A DNA stretch of 32,000 bases from Pseudomonas aeruginosa (GTDB taxonomy: Bacteria; Pseudomonadota; Gammaproteobacteria; Pseudomonadales; Pseudomonadaceae). Of this stretch, positions 29,345 to 32,000 are shown piece after piece; the stretch's first letter is position 1; each line of letters begins with the position of its first letter. The stretch spans positions 630,001-662,000 of the forward strand of contig NZ_LN831024.1 in assembly GCF_001457615.1 (NCBI RefSeq). The letters run 5' to 3'. The position numbers were made by a program, and so were the translations under genes. Below the pieces are notes generated by a model that was given only the letters and a program-made list of their open reading frames with translations, was not told the origin of the DNA and searched no databases.

Positions 29345-30823
29345 ATGAATCGCGAAGAATTCCTGCGGCTGGCCGCCGATGGCTACAACCGCATCCCGCT
29401 GTCCTTCGAGACCCTTGCCGACTTCGACACGCCGCTGTCGATCTACCTGAAGCTGGCCGACGCGCCGAACTCCTACCTGCTGGAGTCGGTGCAGGGCGGC
29501 GAGAAATGGGGGCGCTATTCGATCATCGGCCTGCCGTGCCGCACGGTGCTGCGGGTCTACGACCATCAAGTACGGATCAGCATCGATGGCATGGAAACCG
29601 AGCGCTTCGATTGCGCCGACCCGCTGGCTTTCGTCGAGGAGTTCAAGGCGCGCTACCAGGTGCCCACCGTGCCCGGCTTGCCACGTTTCGATGGAGGCCT
29701 GGTCGGCTACTTCGGTTACGACTGCGTGCGCTACGTGGAAAAACGCCTGGCCACCTGTCCGAACCCGGACCCGCTGGGCAACCCGGATATCCTGTTGATG
29801 GTGTCCGATGCCGTAGTGGTATTCGACAACCTGGCCGGGAAGATCCACGCCATCGTCCTCGCCGATCCCTCCGAGGAAAATGCCTACGAGCGCGGCCAGG
29901 CACGTCTGGAGGAGCTGCTGGAGCGTCTACGCCAGCCGATCACCCCGCGTCGCGGCCTCGACCTCGAGGCGGCCCAGGGTCGTGAGCCGGCGTTTCGTGC
30001 CAGCTTCACCCGCGAGGACTATGAAAACGCGGTAGGAAGGATCAAGGACTACATCCTGGCCGGCGACTGCATGCAGGTGGTGCCGTCGCAGCGCATGTCC
30101 ATCGAATTCAAGGCGGCGCCCATCGACCTGTACCGCGCGCTGCGCTGTTTCAATCCGACGCCCTACATGTACTTCTTCAACTTCGGCGACTTCCATGTCG
30201 TGGGCAGCTCGCCGGAGGTGCTGGTACGGGTCGAGGATGGCCTGGTGACGGTGCGCCCGATCGCCGGTACCCGTCCGCGCGGGATCAACGAAGAGGCCGA
30301 CCTGGCACTGGAGCAGGATCTGCTGTCGGACGCCAAGGAGATCGCCGAGCACCTGATGCTGATCGACCTGGGGCGCAACGACGTGGGGCGGGTGTCCGAT
30401 ATCGGCGCGGTGAAGGTCACCGAAAAAATGGTGATCGAACGTTACTCCAACGTCATGCACATCGTGTCCAACGTCACCGGGCAATTGCGCGAGGGGCTCA
30501 GCGCGATGGACGCGCTGCGGGCGATTCTGCCGGCGGGCACTCTATCCGGCGCGCCGAAGATCCGCGCCATGGAGATCATCGACGAGCTGGAGCCGGTCAA
30601 GCGTGGAGTCTACGGCGGCGCGGTCGGCTACCTGGCATGGAACGGCAACATGGACACCGCCATTGCCATCCGCACCGCGGTGATCAAGAACGGTGAACTC
30701 CACGTGCAGGCCGGCGGCGGTATCGTTGCCGACTCGGTGCCCGCGCTGGAGTGGGAAGAAACCATCAACAAGCGCCGGGCGATGTTCCGCGCCGTGGCGC
30801 TGGCCGAGCAGAGCGTCGAATAA
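29345..30823 (+). CDS. trpE: Anthranilate synthase component I
   Basis: ATG at 29345 ([19 protein letters not shown]...) with GAGG 5 nt upstream. 492 aa. Chorismate-binding motifs (LLESV, GAVGY, IRTA). Confidence 0.96.
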   Translation: MNREEFLRLAADGYNRIPLSFETLADFDTPLSIYLKLADAPNSYLLESVQGGEKWGRYSIIGLPCRTVLRVYDHQVRISIDGMETERFDCADPLAFVEEFKARYQVPTVPGLPRFDGGLVGYFGYDCVRYVEKRLATCPNPDPLGNPDILLMVSDAVVVFDNLAGKIHAIVLADPSEENAYERGQARLEELLERLRQPITPRRGLDLEAAQGREPAFRASFTREDYENAVGRIKDYILAGDCMQVVPSQRMSIEFKAAPIDLYRALRCFNPTPYMYFFNFGDFHVVGSSPEVLVRVEDGLVTVRPIAGTRPRGINEEADLALEQDLLSDAKEIAEHLMLIDLGRNDVGRVSDIGAVKVTEKMVIERYSNVMHIVSNVTGQLREGLSAMDALRAILPAGTLSGAPKIRAMEIIDELEPVKRGVYGGAVGYLAWNGNMDTAIAIRTAVIKNGELHVQAGGGIVADSVPALEWEETINKRRAMFRAVALAEQSVE

Positions 30824-30846
30824 GACGGCGCGAGGCGGAAGAAAAG

Positions 30847-30880
30847 AAGGCGGATGGCGTTTGCGTCATCCGCCTTTTTT
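30847..30880. terminator. Bidirectional intrinsic terminator shared by convergent trpE (+) and prtN (-)
   Basis: Stem GGCGGATG (30849-30856) with CATCCGCC (30867-30874). TTTTTT follows at 30875-30880 on the plus strand. The complement of GAAAAGAA upstream gives a T-rich run on the minus strand. Confidence 0.8.
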
Positions 30881-31008
30881 GTGCCCGGCTGGACCCACGC
30901 ATTGGCTTCGCCCTACGCGGCACCGCTTTCGTAGGGCGAATATCGCGGTGCGATATCCGCCGGGCGGAGCATGGTGTCGCTCCCGCGATGTAGGCGACGG
31001 CGGGCCGC

Positions 31009-31323
31009 TCAGGGGGCGATGCTGTCCGCGCCTGGCGGTGCTCGACGGGCGCCTCCGGCTTGGTTCGCGCGCTGGTCGACGTAGGCGGCGAGGTGATCGA
31101 GGGCCACGAACTGCATGGCCTTGTGGCTATCGTCGAGGGTCGTCACCGGCAGGGCGATCCGCCCGCATGCCAGGGCCTTGCTGAAGTTTTCCTTGTTCAG
31201 GTTGCGAAACCAGCGTTCGCGGACCTGCTCCAGCGGCACCAGGACGTCGCCGAAGATGCGGTAGACCAATTCCACGGTTTCCTGGCGTGGAATCGGAGTG
31301 CTAGGGGCGATGGATGGCTGCAT
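31009..31323 (-). CDS. prtN: Pyocin gene transcriptional activator PrtN
   Basis: 104 aa ([47 protein letters not shown]...), recognised as PrtN. Lies immediately downstream of prtR and next to trpE, as in P. aeruginosa. GGAGGG RBS. Confidence 0.88.
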   Translation of the reverse strand: MQPSIAPSTPIPRQETVELVYRIFGDVLVPLEQVRERWFRNLNKENFSKALACGRIALPVTTLDDSHKAMQFVALDHLAAYVDQRANQAGGARRAPPGADSIAP

Positions 31324-31358
31324 GGTATTCCCTCCTGCGGCTACACGTCGTTGAGGGA

Positions 31359-31387
31359 AATATAGCTCAGGTTGTTTTCTTGTTCAA
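31359..31387 (-). promoter_or_regulatory. prtN sigma70-type promoter (TTGAAC-N17-TATATT)
   Basis: On the minus strand, -35 TTGAAC (31382-31387) and -10 TATATT (31359-31364) have exactly 17-nt spacing, in an AT-rich 99-nt spacer. AGCTAT repeats overlap both hexamers. Confidence 0.6.
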
Positions 31388-31422
31388 TAGCTGAAGTTGT
31401 AGAGCGGGCGAGCGCCAGGCGC

Positions 31423-32000
31423 TCACCGCACCAGGGACGGGCCGCGCCGGTGGCGTACGGTGGACCACCAGAAGACCCAACCGATCATGCTGATCTGGCG
31501 GCTGCGCATGTCCTCCGGCGAGTACTCCTCGTCCGGATATTCCTCGCGGTTGAAGCTGCGCAGGCGAATGCCGCCGCCGGGCAGGCGATAGACGAACTTC
31601 ACCCGCAGCATGCCGTCATGTTCGAGGGCGTAGATCTCGCCATCGGTGATATGGGTGGTGGCGGTGTCCACGCCGATGGTGGAGCCATCCATGATCAGCG
31701 GTTCCATGCTGTTGCCGGTGAGTTGGGCGCAGATCGCCGCCGACGGATCGACGCCCGAGGCTCGCAGCGTGGCATAGGAAAAACGCAGCTTGCGCCCCTC
31801 TATCTCGCGTACCGCAGTGCGTCCGGCGCCGGCGGACATCTCCACTTCCTTGTACAGCGGCAGTTCCACTTCGTCTTCGTCCAGCGGTGTGTCGCTGTCC
31901 CACGGATGCAGCGGTTCCAGCACCAATGGGCTGCCATCGGCCACGGACACGGCACTGCGCGCGGCTGGAGCGCCTTCGCCGGTCTGCAGCCAGACCGGCG
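31423..32000 (-). CDS. prtR: Pyocin repressor PrtR (cI/LexA-like, S24 peptidase C-terminal domain); the N-terminal HTH part lies outside the window
   Basis: The frame stays open to the window edge; the track M at 31950 is an internal GTG. S24 autoprotease motifs GNSMEP (Ser) and LRVKFV (Lys). Stop at 31423-31425. Position upstream of prtN. Confidence 0.88.
   Translation of the reverse strand, partial: PVWLQTGEGAPAARSAVSVADGSPLVLEPLHPWDSDTPLDEDEVELPLYKEVEMSAGAGRTAVREIEGRKLRFSYATLRASGVDPSAAICAQLTGNSMEPLIMDGSTIGVDTATTHITDGEIYALEHDGMLRVKFVYRLPGGGIRLRSFNREEYPDEEYSPEDMRSRQISMIGWVFWWSTVRHRRGPSLVR

Overview
High-GC (about two thirds G+C) Pseudomonas aeruginosa-type core chromosome. From memory it is collinear with PAO1 loci PA0583 to PA0611; this was not checked against a database. 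I call 27 protein-coding genes and no tRNA, rRNA, CRISPR array, IS element or integrase. Left to right: (1) 3' end of an HPPK/FolK-like gene, convergent with and overlapping cca; (2) a small lipoprotein gene; (3) the yeaG(prkA)-yeaH(DUF444)-ycgB(SpoVR) stress module on the minus strand; (4) the envelope/housekeeping string lptD-surA-pdxA-rsmA(ksgA)-apaG-apaH-glpE on the minus strand; (5) divergent from lptD, the MurNAc salvage pair amgK-murU, then a djlA-like J-protein gene; (6) a secreted DUF3530-like protein gene; (7) the agtS-agtR two-component system, an orphan PotD/PotF-like binding-protein gene, and an ABC importer (ATPase, paralogous binding protein, two permeases; agtABCD); (8) rpe-gph-trpE; (9) prtN and the 3' part of prtR, which open the R/F-pyocin locus that sits between trpE and trpG in this species. 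I see no clear novel multi-gene island such as a defence system. The best leads are: a roughly 1 kb stretch of about 50% GC inside the essential lptD gene, suggesting a mosaic allele; a Trp-codon mini-ORF embedded in frame in the C-terminal tail of gph, with mutually exclusive GC-rich pairings just upstream of trpE, suggesting an attenuator; the poorly understood PrkA-DUF444-SpoVR operon with a structured internal spacer and long leader; twin binding-protein paralogs sharing a 42-nt identical tract; and several palindromic intergenic elements, including the trpE/prtN junction and the prtN promoter. Most other long ORFs in the six-frame track are high-GC shadow ORFs and are rejected.
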